From: Epithemia pelagica
Lineage: Eukaryota; Protista; Bacillariophyta
Reading direction: 5' to 3'
Assembly: GCA_946965045.2 (NCBI GenBank)
Contig: OX337228.1
Span: forward strand, 6,634,001 to 6,698,000
Length of the DNA: 64,000 nucleotides
The notes under the pieces are model-generated. The model saw nothing but the letters and a program-made list of their open reading frames with translations. It was not told where the DNA came from and did not search any database. This document shows, piece after piece, positions 25,580-38,200 of this stretch. The translations under genes and the position numbers were made by a program. Within the stretch, counting starts at the first letter, position 1. Each line of letters starts with the position of its first letter.

Positions 25580-27640
25580 ATGGTCCGATGGTTGCGGCAA
25601 CCACGAGCTTTCTCATCATCATCATCAACAACCACAGTGGGTGTCGTCGTCATGGCCTTGCTACTGGTTTCCCTGGGACGTTCCCCCACGAGTAGTCGTG
25701 GTCGAATGGTTGCGGCCTTTCAAACGACCCAAGTAGGACGCCGTACCGTACCATGGATACACCACGCCGAATCGAGACGGGTACTCCCCGTTTCCACCAC
25801 CACCACTACCACCACGCGGCAATGGTTGTCGTCCTCGACGACCAATGTCGATGAGTTGCAAGCCCAAATCAAGGCCAAGGGCGATGAAATACGGGCCTTG
25901 AAAGAAGGGGGTGCCGACAAGGCGACCGTCGCACCCTTGGTACAAGAATTGTTGGCCCTCAAGGCACAATTGGAGCCACCAGCAGCCGCATCCAACACCA
26001 AAAACAACAACAAGAAGAAGAAAAAGGACGAGGAGGAGAAGTCATCTTCCGAGTCGGACGAATCGGATTTTATCACCTCCCGATCGACGGATTATTCCAA
26101 ATGGTACAACGATTTGATTCGAGTCACGGGATTGGCCGAAAATTCACCCGTCCGGGGATGTATGGTTATCAAGCCCTGGGGCATGTCCATTTGGGATCGA
26201 TTGCGGAATGAGCTGGATGCCCAAATCCAAAACCAAGGCGCCCAAAATGCCTACTTTCCCCTCTTGATTCCTCAATCCTTCCTCTCCAAGGAAGCCGAAC
26301 ATGTCGATGGCTTTGCCAAGGAATGTGCCGTGGTGACGCATCATCGACTCACTACCAACCCCAATGCCGGCACGGACGGAACGACGAGCCGTACCGATTT
26401 GATTCCCGATCCCGACGCCCAATTGGAAGAACCCTTGATTGTCCGACCCACGTCGGAAACCATGATTTGGCATACCTTTCGCAAATGGATCCAATCGCAT
26501 CGTGATTTGCCCCTCAAAATCAATCAATGGGCCAATGTCATGCGCTGGGAATTGCGCACCCGTCCCTTTTTGCGCACGTCCGAGTTTCTGTGGCAAGAAG
26601 GCCACACGGCCCATGCGACCGCCGACGATGCTGAACAAGAAGCCCAACGCATGATTCAAGTTTATGCCCAGGTTTGTCGCGACTTTTTGGCCTTGCCCGT
26701 CGTGACGGGCGTCAAGAGTCCGTCCGAACGCTTTGCCGGCGCCCAAGAAACCTACACGATTGAAGCCTTGATGCCCAATGGATGGGCCCTGCAATCGGGA
26801 ACCTCCCACTTTTTGGGACAATCCTTTGGCAACGCCTTTAATGTGACCTACCAAGATGAACAGGGACACTCGCAGGTTGTCTGGGGTACCTCCTGGGGAG
26901 TCTCGACACGCTTGTTGGGCGCCCTCATTATGACCCATTCCGACGATGCCGGTTTGGTCTTGCCACCCCCGGTCGCTCCCCTGCAAGTGGTGATTGTGAC
27001 CATTCCCTTGTCCAAAAAACAGGCGGCCGACGAGGCATTGGTTCACCAAATGGACGAGGCCTTGACAACCTTGAAAACGGATTTGGAGGAGGCGGGAGTG
27101 CGCGTCCAGGTGGATGCCCGCGATTATTTACGACCCGGGGCCAAATACTTTGAATGGGAACGCAAGGGGGTCCCCCTCCGTATGGAACTCGGCCCTCGTG
27201 ACGTCCAACAAGGATCCTGTGTCTTCAAGTATCGGGCCCCGGCCGACTGGGCGGCCGACAAGCAAGTTGTTCCCCTGGCCGAGGCCGCCACGACGGCCGT
27301 GCAGGGCTTGAACCGCATGTATCAAGCCCTGTACGAACAAGCGGACGCTCGGTTGCAACAAGGAATTCGACGCTATGATGAAAACAGCATGATTTCGTAT
27401 TCAGACTTTACAGCGCTCTTACAAGACGATGTGGCGTCGCAGTATCCGGGAGAAGGCTTGTTTTTGGTCCCGTGGATGTGCAACGCGGAGAATGAAGCGC
27501 AAGTCAAGCAAGACTGTCAAGCCACTTTGCGATGCTATCCCTTGGACGAAAATGAAAATCAAGAGGCCATTCAAGGCAAACGGTGCTTTTACAGTGGAGA
27601 ACCGGCGACGCACATGGCTCTGTTTGGTCGAGCCTTTTAA
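25580..27640 (+). CDS. proS: Prolyl-tRNA synthetase (eukaryote/archaeal-like class II), organelle-targeted, intronless
   Basis: YFPLLIPQSFLSKEAEHVDGFAKE, VRPTSET, QWANVMRWE, RTSEFLWQEGHTAH, ALQSGTSHFLGQSF, WGVSTRL, WERKGVPLRMELGPRD. Hydrophobic N-terminus with VAA-F motif. Confidence 0.97.
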   Translation: MVRWLRQPRAFSSSSSTTTVGVVVMALLLVSLGRSPTSSRGRMVAAFQTTQVGRRTVPWIHHAESRRVLPVSTTTTTTTRQWLSSSTTNVDELQAQIKAKGDEIRALKEGGADKATVAPLVQELLALKAQLEPPAAASNTKNNNKKKKKDEEEKSSSESDESDFITSRSTDYSKWYNDLIRVTGLAENSPVRGCMVIKPWGMSIWDRLRNELDAQIQNQGAQNAYFPLLIPQSFLSKEAEHVDGFAKECAVVTHHRLTTNPNAGTDGTTSRTDLIPDPDAQLEEPLIVRPTSETMIWHTFRKWIQSHRDLPLKINQWANVMRWELRTRPFLRTSEFLWQEGHTAHATADDAEQEAQRMIQVYAQVCRDFLALPVVTGVKSPSERFAGAQETYTIEALMPNGWALQSGTSHFLGQSFGNAFNVTYQDEQGHSQVVWGTSWGVSTRLLGALIMTHSDDAGLVLPPPVAPLQVVIVTIPLSKKQAADEALVHQMDEALTTLKTDLEEAGVRVQVDARDYLRPGAKYFEWERKGVPLRMELGPRDVQQGSCVFKYRAPADWAADKQVVPLAEAATTAVQGLNRMYQALYEQADARLQQGIRRYDENSMISYSDFTALLQDDVASQYPGEGLFLVPWMCNAENEAQVKQDCQATLRCYPLDENENQEAIQGKRCFYSGEPATHMALFGRAF

Positions 27641-27970
27641 CAAAATGTGTGTGTGTGTGCTGTGTGTGTGTACAAACTCCATACTGGAACCCACAAACAC
27701 AGAAGGAATCCCCCAAGGGGGTACGGTTCCGATGCTATACGGTTGAGTTCCATAGACTATCAGACGCGTTCTCTCTCTCTCTAGGAACGCTTTCTCCCTG
27801 TGAGTCTCTTTCCAACTATGCATGTATGGTTCTCGTACTCCTCCTACCTAGGTATGTTCGTATCGGTGATTGGTCGTGTGGCTGCCGCTAATCGTACTCG
27901 CCATTGTATGGTTGTTGCATCTAAATAGGTAGTCTTGTTGGAATGTCAGAACAAGTCGCACGTATTGTTT

Positions 27971-28100
27971 GGTTGTTGAATCATGTTGCCCGTTGTCGTT
28001 GGTGGATGTTGGCTGTTGAATCATGGTGTATCCTTTGTCGTTGGTGCATGTTGGTTGTTGAATAATCATGTTGTCCTTTGTGTCGTTGGTGAATGCCGAT
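27971..28100. repeat. Imperfect tandem repeat, 3 x ~41 bp
   Basis: gttgaa(taa)tcatg...ttg(tg)tcgttggtg.atg recurs at 27975, 28015 and 28057. Confidence 0.7.
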
Positions 28101-29626
28101 CTTCCAAGGATCAACAGTAATACGATATGGCATTCTCGATTGAAATCCTGGAGTTTTGTTCGCGGGAATCCAAAAAGGCTCTTCAATCCTCAACAAAAGG
28201 CCTAATACGTCTGGTCGTCCTACGAGATTTGAAAAATGGGATCTTTCCCATCACCCATTAGCCCTAATTTATAGGACAAACTTAAGGATATCGGAAAAAA
28301 TTACCGGACAGAAGTCCTAGAAATATTGATGATCAGTACCTAAAACCTAGCGCCACAGCACAGGATCGCTGTACCATAGCCTACGAGCACAAGAAGTGAC
28401 CAGTTTTACTCAATAGTTTGTTGGACACTTGTCCGGGTCACGATAGCGCTGTATATAGCAGAAGGGAATTTCACAAACCCTCGCATCACGCTTCACTGGA
28501 CATACCCATGAGGGAGTACTTGTCATAGGACGAGAAACCGCAACGACAAGGACCCACAGGTGCTTTTGGAAAAGCCTTCGCTTACATCAAGATGCTAGTG
28601 CAGAGGAGAGTTCAATGAGGACGAGATGCTGGCCATCAAGTGGAAGAGAGAGGGCATGGTTACTGCTGGCATTACGATTCATGGAGCCACGACAATGACA
28701 TGCGGCAATCAACTGGAATGTTCTGACCCAACCACCAATTGCAACAACCGCAGAGAAGGAACCACCAAGACAATCGAATGGATCCCAATGGACCACCATG
28801 ATGGATGTTGGTCGATGGAAGCTTCTTCTTTAAGCAGAAACATCAACTCCCCATACGAGACAATGGCAGCGACAATGACAACGAGCGCAACAATCAACTC
28901 CACCAAACGTACAAGACAATGTCCAAAACAACAATCAACTGCAGCAGCATTGAGAAAAAGAGATGCAATGTGCCCTTGGCTCTTCAGGCTTGTTTCCCCA
29001 GCTTTCCCACCAGAGCCAAAACAACAACCTGATGAAGACGACAACAACAATCAACTACATGGATGAGCCGGAAACACTCCAGAGAACCAATGCAACAATC
29101 AACAACTCCTTGTCTAAACGCAACAATCCAACAATTGATTGATGCCAAAGTGGAGCAACAACACAACTACAGAAGACGACCAGACAAGACAACAAAACAA
29201 AACCAATGATAACCTATGATGCCTGCTGCCACTGTTGACAGCACTACTGCTCTCGCCTAAACGACAAACACAGTTGGACACTCAGAGCCCCGGTGTCGTC
29301 CCTAATAATGAGATGACGAAGACCAGGGAAGCACCCTTGTCTCGAGGAGACGAGGTCTTCATTTTTTATTCTTCATTCTTCATGCCAAGTCACAAGTCAC
29401 AAGAGGCAAGAGCGGCACAACCTCTCGTTTCTGCCCTCTCCACATTACGGGAATAAGACTAAGATTCCTTCTTTTCTTTTCTACTTATACCTTGTACTAC
29501 ACCCTACATACGTGGCTTATGTACTAGTTCTACACGGTGGACGTGCTGTCCTATAAACTTTTGGGATGATACATCACCCATCAGACCATCCCAATCTTTG
29601 GAATGCTATCACTGTCACTTGTCAGG

Positions 29627-31224
29627 ATGAGATTCATTTCCGCTTCCTTAGCAGTGGTGGCCAGTATGGCCACCATGACCAATGGCTTTACAGTCTCATC
29701 GTTTGCTTCCAAAAAATCTTGTGCTTCAGCGTTTCATATGTCATCGTATGAGGAACAATTGAAGAAATACTATAACCAGGATATTGCGGGTGCAAGTGCT
29801 CCTCTGGCCAACGGTTCTGCCTATGGTGCTACGACTCCACCTCCTCTCCCTGTGACAGAACCACCACCATCTGCAACTGGTCTTGCTCTCCCCGCCCATC
29901 AGCAGACAACAACTCCTCCTCCACTACCACCTGTGCAAGCCGCGACGCCTCCTCCTGTTCCAGTGGCTGTTGCGGCCGCTCCACCGCCGCAGAAGGTAAT
30001 TGAAGTTACAAACCCGAGCTTCAACAGTCCACTCGCTATTGGGGGTGTTCTGTTTCTGGGACTCCCCCTCTGGTTTATGGTCGCATCCCAAGTATTCACC
30101 CCTCCCGCTGTGGAGTCTCCACCCCAGATCACTGCCACGAACCAAATCGTTCTACCAGATTCTCTGGCCAAGTCTGCTGCATCTCCCTCTGGAGTGGTTG
30201 TTCTCTCACAGCCCATTACCAAGGCTGAAGTTCGTGGATTGTTTGATCTATGGAATGATGCACTAAAGACGGGCGACCCTGCCACTGTTGCGAAGCGATA
30301 TGGAAAGGATGGAGTGTTGCTCCCCACCTTGTCGGATGTGCCCCGAACAGACTTTGAAGGAATCAAAGATTACTTTGTTGGGTTCTTGAGTAAAAAACCG
30401 GTCGGAAAGATTTTGGAGGGAGAAATCTTTGTCGGAAATAACTGGGCGCAAGATGCTGGTAAGGAATGATGTGAAAAACGAGATTTTCCTAGACACTGCA
30501 CTTATTTCAATCTCTCGTTTCACTTCCAAAGGGATTTACGAGTTCGCCTTTAAAGATGGTTCCAAGGTTAAGGCTCGATACTCTTTCATTTACTCGTATG
30601 AGGATGGCCAATGGATGATATCCCACCACCATTCATCCCTCATGCCACAAGAAGCTGCACCACCTCCCGCAAAAATAACTACAGCACAAGTTCGCTCTCT
30701 CTTTGATTTGTGGAACGATGCATTGCACACGGGTGACCCCTACACAGTCGCTGCACGCTATTCCAAGGACGCTGTCTTGTTACCGACTCTTTCGGATAAG
30801 GCACGTTATACCACGGATGAGATTGCCGATTACTTTGTAGGATTCCTCAAAAAGAAACCGGATGGTAAAATTTTGGAAGGCAACATCAAGATTGGACCCA
30901 ACTGGGCTCAAGATGCTGGTAAGGCTCAAGGAATATCAAAGATTAGAGATCTTGTCTGCTGGATCGTCTAACTGTCTCTTGTTGCGCTACCTTGCTATTT
31001 TTTCAACAGGAATCTACGAGTTTACCTTTGCAGACGGGTCCAAAACTCGTGGTCGATACTCGTTTGTCTACACATATGAAAATGGCCAGTGGATGATTGC
31101 GAATCATCACTCTTCTATCATGCCCGAGCCTGCAGTTGCAGCGTTTCAAAAGGTAAAGGAATTGGAGAATCCCATCGCTGCAGTACCCGTTGTGACGGAG
31201 AGTGCTACAGTCAAGGCAGCTTAG
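29627..31224 (+). CDS. Iota-class carbonic anhydrase (LCIP63/COG4875-like), two tandem NTF2/CaMKII-association-like domains, plastid-targeted; 3 exons (29627-30458, 30532-30918, 31010-31224)
   Basis: Two repeats of the pattern VRxLFDLWNDAL.TGDP..VA.RY..D.VLLPTLSD....I.DYFVGFL.KKP.GKILEG.I..G.NWAQDAGIYEF.F.DGSK...RYSF.Y.YE.GQWMI.xHHSS.MP. N-terminal signal peptide with TNG-F motif. Confidence 0.88.
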
Positions 31225-32259
31225 GCATACGAGACTACAATGGCACCCTTGGGACGTGGGAGAAACGCTGGACAACCGGGGTTCTCTATGTACCAAGATA
31301 GATTGGAGTAAGTAGGAAGCACACCACTGAGACCCGGCTTGAGCTTGTCTTGTCATGAGTAGTGGAAGTGGCATCTTTCCGACGCTATTGTTTTCAAATG
31401 TAATGATTGTTCGATCAGCTTGTTTTATCCGTATCCCAATAGTACATCATGTCTCGTAGCTACGGGATCCCCCTTGATTGCGACTCTGGAGTCATTTTGT
31501 CTGTTCGTGTCTGTGGGTATCAAATACTATTGTCTTTTGATGCGCACCGCACATGTCGTGCTTCCAGAGATCCTAGAAACATCGCATCTCTCGAGCAACA
31601 TCCATGGAGAAATCCCGTGCCATCCTTGTCGTTTTTGCGACAGATAGCTCCCGTAGCTTTAGCTTTGTGGTTACTTCTCTCTCCCCCTTTGTTGTAGCCC
31701 CCAAAGATTCACTGCCCCCCAGATTCCTTCGGTAGTAGTTGAGCTTTGATCTACTTAGCTCGTGCTAAAAAGTTAAAGTACGCACGTCACCCCGCCACAT
31801 CTCACAATTATCGGTTGATCTTTGTGTGCCATCGCGTCGATTGCTGGGGATTCGATTCCACCAAATCTTGCGCAACACGTCGTAGAGTTGCATCCAAAAA
31901 AGAGACGACACGAGAGACGACACCAACATTGCGCAAATTGGCAACGTGATTCCCACGCTCGGCTCAAAAAGAGGAGAGAGACACTTCATTCTCTGAGAAT
32001 CCTGTGGCATTATTCAACGGGGTTCAAGAGTTTGATTGTTCGTTGTCTATACAATCTCACTTTGATCGTTCCACTGAAAAAACATCTTGCTCTAGAGGGT
32101 GAACTTTTGGTTTTCACAAGATTCTTGAGGGCATCTCAACCGCACCCATCAACTGGAGGAACCGATCACCTGTGCGGTTTAGGGTAACAGTTTCCCCACC
32201 GAACTGTCAAGGAAAGACGAGTACAGCAGTTGGCTTGAAGCCCTCATATTTTGCAGAAG

Positions 32260-35200
32260 ATGGATGATGCTGTGAATACATCGTCCTATGATGACGATGC
32301 AGTCAATGCAACGGCTTATGACGATGCTGCCTACGCCACGGAAGATGCGACATTGATGGATGAAGTGGCACCCTTTCTGTACAATGGAATCCGCATTGCA
32401 GCGGCTCTTTGGCTGATTTGGACAGCTGCTGGAGCATCATTGTAAGTGATGATGGTGATTGCACTGGAACAATGATTGTTGGACGGTTTTGCTTACCAGT
32501 GGTGTCTTTCATTGTTGTCCACTGTCTATACAGGTCCCAACGCATGCATTGCGGTGTCATGTTGGCCGTGTTGGTGTCCTTTGCAACCTTTGCAAACTTG
32601 GAATCCCTCTTTTCGGGAACGGACTTGGATCATGGCTTATCGGAGCCCGCATTGGTGGTCCTCTTCATTCTGGTCTTCAATGGAGCATTGGTGGGACTCT
32701 GTGTGGGGCTGCTGTTGCCAGTGGTCTCGTCGGGCTTTTGTTTCGGAGGAATGATTGCACTCCTCTTTTCCTCGGTGGCCATTTCCTACACCCACACGAT
32801 CTGGCTCGAATATCCCTTTATTGGACCAGCCGTTGCCGCAGTCGGAGCTGCCATGGCAACTGGGTAAGTCTGGTAACTGTTACGGACTGAGTACCTGTCT
32901 TCTCGTGGCCTGATCCTTTCTCATGCTCGCTTCTTTCCTGGGAAAATCTACTTTTAGAGTTTTCAAATCTGCATCGCCCTTCTTTTTTGCAATTTCCGTC
33001 GTGTTGGAGGCAGGTGCGGCAGTCTCGTGTTTGGTGTTCAAGGATGGTTTGCCGTTTCTCGTGGGCGTTGCCTCGGGACTCCAGTCATCATCGACAACAC
33101 TCTCCTTGAAGGATTGGCAGCGCCTCTTGGACATTGATGCGGAACCCATGTCGTGTGTTTTAATTTGGCTGTCGTCGTGTGTCTGTGTCATGGCAGTGAC
33201 AGCCTATCGCGATGGCAACTTTGCCCGCTTCCTGTCGCCCTGTCGCGGTGGATCGGGGGCCGGTCGCATGGGCTATGCGGCCGTCCCCACGGCCGACTCC
33301 AACAACAAAAGCGGAGCCAAGCGAGGCGATGCTCCTCCTTCGTACCGTGACCATCCCACGCCTCAGGATACGTACAATATGTTTGATCCAGCCAACTTAC
33401 CGCCCCGTCTCGCCGAGTATGCCAACATGGTTTACTCGGCCTGTGAGGATATTGGCAACTTTTTTGGGTTTCAAGATTCCTCCGTCCGAAACCAAGCCGA
33501 ACACTTGTTGATCCTCCTGAGTAACAATCGCCGGTACATGAGCAGCCATATTCTTCCTCCCTCGGTCCAACCTCCCAGTCCCATTCATGCCTTGCATGCC
33601 AAGGTATTTTCGAACTATGTCAAGTGGTGCCGGGCCATGGGAGTTCCTCCCAACTTTTCCAAAATGAACACGTCCATGAATGCTCCTCCCGCTGTGGCCA
33701 GTCGTGTTGTGGATTTGGTACTTTTCTTTTGTATCTGGGGAGAAGCTTCGAATCTTCGGCACATGCCCGAGTGCTTGTGGTTCCTTTACCATAAAATGAT
33801 GGAAGAGTACATTCAAAGTGAAGGATACACGCACACTCGTAGTCTCTATGCCGGTTTCTATGTGGACTGTGTTGTGACGCCTATATTCGATATTGTCCAA
33901 ATGGTGGGTTTCCTCTCTACCATTCCACGTTTGAAACAAACAACCCTTTGCGTCTTCTGACCGTGTTTCTGTTGTGTTCTCTTGTTTCTGTGCTATACAG
34001 AATATGAAATCGAAGAAAGACCATGAAGACAAGCGCAATTACGACGATTTTAATGAGTTCTTTTGGTCACGCGACTGTCTCAAGTTCAAGTATACATTTG
34101 AGGATCCTGCCGAAAGTGCCGACGTGGAATCACGACAACCCTTTTTGGCTTCGGACAACTCTCCTCCTGTGACGGATGGTCTGGAACGCGCCCCCAAAAC
34201 ATTTTTGGAAAAGCGATCTTGGCTTCGAGGCATTTTGGCGTTGAACCGAATTCTGGAATGGCACATTGCTTCATTCTTTTTGTTGGCTGTTGTGGCATTT
34301 TCTCGAGAGTTGGTCTGGGGATGGGTGCAGACATTCCAAGTTGGTAGTGCAGTATTTTGGATTTTGAATGCACTTCATCTATTCTGGGCAATGCTGGAAG
34401 TATGGTCGATGTTCCCGGGTATTCATTTGTCAGGGACTGAAGTTTGTGGTTCTGTCTTTGTCATTGTTGCGCGCTTCTTGATGCTGGTCCACCAAAGTAT
34501 GTATCTTTTGTGGGCTCTCTCGGACGCACCCACCAATTATCAGGGCAATGTTGGCAATTCGACTTTCTGGTGGTGGCAATATATTTGGCTATCCATGCTT
34601 GTAATGATTCCATACCTTGGTGAAGCACTCGTACAACTATTTCCTCCTTTGGCAGCAAAGATATATACCAGCCAGAGCGAATATGTTCAAGCCTTTTTGC
34701 ATATTTTCTACCCGATCAGTCGCCTCTACGTTGGCAAAGAAGTGCAAGAGTCTTTGGGCCATACCTTTGTTTACGTGTTGTTCTGGGTTTCGTTGATGGC
34801 ATGGAAACTCTTCTTTTCGTACATTTTCGAGGTTTATTCCATGGTTCTCCCTTCGCTTCAACTTACGGACGATTATCTGAATTACCATAATCAAAGCTTC
34901 TTCAAGATGCTTCTGCTCCTGGGAATGCGCTGGCTTCCACAGTTCATTGTGTACTTGATCGATATGAGTATCTGGTACGCGGCGTGGCAAGCCTTTGCCG
35001 GAAGCTCTGTCGGTTTGTCCGATCATCTTGGTGATGTTCGTACATTTGATGATATTCGGGAGACGTTTGGAAGAGCACCCGAGAACTTTTGCAAGAAGAT
35101 GTTGTCTCCTGATGCGGGAAGTCGACGAGGATCTTCAGCGAGCTTCCTTGGCAATTCCGAGAACGATCTCACAGAGAAGACAGGTCTCCTTGCTGGCAAG

Positions 35201-38200
35201 GTCCAGAGCTATGTGAACCGATTGTTGGACGTGCGCATTCAAAAGTGGGTCATGTTCAGTGCAGCCTGGAACGAAATCATTGACCATTTCCGCACTGAAG
35301 ATATTGTGTCCAATGCTGAAAGTGACAATCTCAAATTTAGCCAATTCGATGGTTTTAGCCAGGCCATTTATCTCCCTGTTTTCCAGACGGCAGGTGTCAT
35401 TGAGAACGTCCTGTCGGAGCTTGAGAGACCTACTGACGAATATCGGGACCCACGCACTGGGGGCTTTTCTGATGAAGGCTTCTTCAAACCGATCAACAAC
35501 CACATCACGATGCACACAGCTGTCACTGAGATTTGGGACCTGGGAAGCTACTTCTTCCTACAGGTATTTGGTTCCATCCATAGTGCCGATGTCAACACAA
35601 TCACTTTGCTGATCGGAAAATGGTTCGAGAATGGGCAAGCGACAAGCAAGCTCCGCATGGAGTCTGCTCGAAAAGCTTTCACAGATCTCAGTGGAGCTGT
35701 GAGCCTTTTGCACAAAGGTCTCGCGAAAAGAAAACGAGCACCCAAGACGGCCCCTTCAAGTAGCGAATCTAAAGCGAAAATGACCAGTTCAACAAAGGGG
35801 TCGACGGGCATGAAAAAGTCGATGAGGCGTGTCGTTAGTGCCGGATCACTCAGCAGCTTAGAAAAGGATGTGAAGCCCTTAGAGCCCAGTATACCCAACT
35901 TCGTCGAAAGAAAGCAACAGCAACCAGCGCAGACTGAGATTCTCGATGCACTTCGTGACCAAGTAAGAGACAAACTGCGAAATTTCGTACATTCCATCAA
36001 GAATTTGCTGAAGAGCATGGACATTGACCCAGAAACGAGAGACGTACATGATCGTTTGACGTTCTTGGCCAGCATGGAGAATGGATTCTTCTGGGACGAC
36101 AAGTACGCGTCGGATCAGTTGGATGAGATTGCGAAAAGCAGGAATTTCAACGCCGTTCTTAAGAAAATGCATGGTCTCCTTTGTATGCATCCAGACGATG
36201 TCGAACCGAAGTCGAAGGAAGTAAAGCGTCGACTGACGTACTTTGTGAACTCTCTGTTCATGGACATGCCTGAAGCCCCGTCAATTCATGATATGTTTTC
36301 GTGGAATGTATTAACGCCCTACTACTCTGAAGATGTCACGTACAGTAAGAATGATCTTGAAGAGCGTTCAGATGCCCTGGGAGTGTCAACCCTTTTGTAT
36401 TTGCAGACTTTATACAAAGCAGACTGGGCGAATTTCCTTGAGCGACTCAACATAAAGGACGATGAAGACAAGATCTGGTCAAGCAAATACGTCGACGAGA
36501 CACGCCGTTGGGCAAGCATTCGTGCTCAAACGCTCTCACGCACAGTAAACGGTATGATGTATTGTGAAAAGGCACTCCGGCTTCTGGCAAACCTCGAGCG
36601 GCTCGATGAAGACACGACAGACGACCTTCTTTGCGAAAAGTTTGGGTATGTTGTGTCATGCCAAGTCTACGGAAACATGAAGAGAAACCAAGACTCGAAA
36701 GCGGATGACATCGAAGCTCTCATGCACCGTTTCCCGCATTTGCGAATCGCGTACATTGACAATGTAAGAATAAACCGTTCCGGAGCGTCCGTGTTCTATT
36801 CCGTCCTGGTAAAGAGCGACGGAAAAGGATCTATCAAAGAGATTTACCGCGTGCGTCTCCCAGGCAATCCGATGATTGGTGAAGGGAAACCTGAAAACCA
36901 GAACCATGCCATGATCTTCACTCGAGGAGAGTTTGTTCAAACAATCGATATGAACCAGGAAGGATACTTTGAAGAAGCCTTGAAGATGCGAAACTGTTTG
37001 CAAGAGTTCGCGAAACGAGAGGGGCCGCTTCCCACCACGATCCTGGGTCTTCGCGAGCACATTTTCACTGGAAGTGTCAGCTCATTGGCCAACTACATGG
37101 CGTTGCAAGAAATATCCTTTGTGACATTGGGTCAACGTGTGCTTACTCGTCCATTGCACATACGTCTCCACTATGGTCATCCTGATATATTTGACAAACT
37201 GTTTTTCATCACAAGAGGAGGAGTCAGTAAAGCATCCAAAGGTATCAATCTTTCCGAAGATATTTTCGCTGGATACAGTAACGTCATTCGGGGTGGAACT
37301 GTCGGTTTCAAAGAATATGTCCAAGTCGGAAAAGGTCGTGATGTTGGTATGAGTCAGATCTACAAATTCGAAGCGAAATTGAGTCAAGGAGCCGGAGAAC
37401 AAAGTCTTTCTCGAGATGTTTACCGAATGTGCCATCGTTTGGATTTCTTCCGATTGAACTCGTTCTACTACGGAGGTATTGGACATTACTTCTCAAATGT
37501 TCTCACGATTTTCACGGTGTACATTGTTGTGTATTTGATGGCGGCCCTCGCTGTGTTTGAGCTTGAACGAATTGGTACCCGAAACATTACTCCCATGGGA
37601 ACTATTCAGATGCTTCTTGGTGGCCTTGGTCTACTGCAGACAATCCCTCTGTTCGCCACGCTCGGTGTGGAACGCGGCTGGTGGGCTAGTATTCAAGAAA
37701 TTTTCTTGGTGTTTGTAACGGGTGGTCCTCTTCATTTCATGTTCCACATCCAAACCAAGGCTACGTACATGGCACAAACCATTTTCGTGGGCGGAGCAAA
37801 GTACCGACCAACTGGTCGTGGCTTTGTAACGCAGCACACTCCGTTCGACGAACAGTTTCGCTTCTTTGCCAGTAGCCATCTATACCTTGGCGTCGAGCTT
37901 GCGGCTGGTTTGATCCTTGTTGCGATATACACCGATGCAGGGCAGTATTTCGGGCGAACATGGTCTCTGTGGTTAGCTTCTATGTCTTTCCTTACAAGTC
38001 CTTTTTGGTTCAACCCTCTCACGTTTGAGTGGCGAGTTGTCCTGGAAGATTACAACATTTGGCTCAAGTGGATCCTTGGAAGTACCGGAGGAGCCTCAAA
38101 GAGCTGGTCTATGTGGTGGAACGAGGAAAACGCCTTCTATAAAGGTATGCCTTTGTGGTCAAAGGTGTTCTATTTCATGAAGGCGGTCCTTTTCGTCTTA

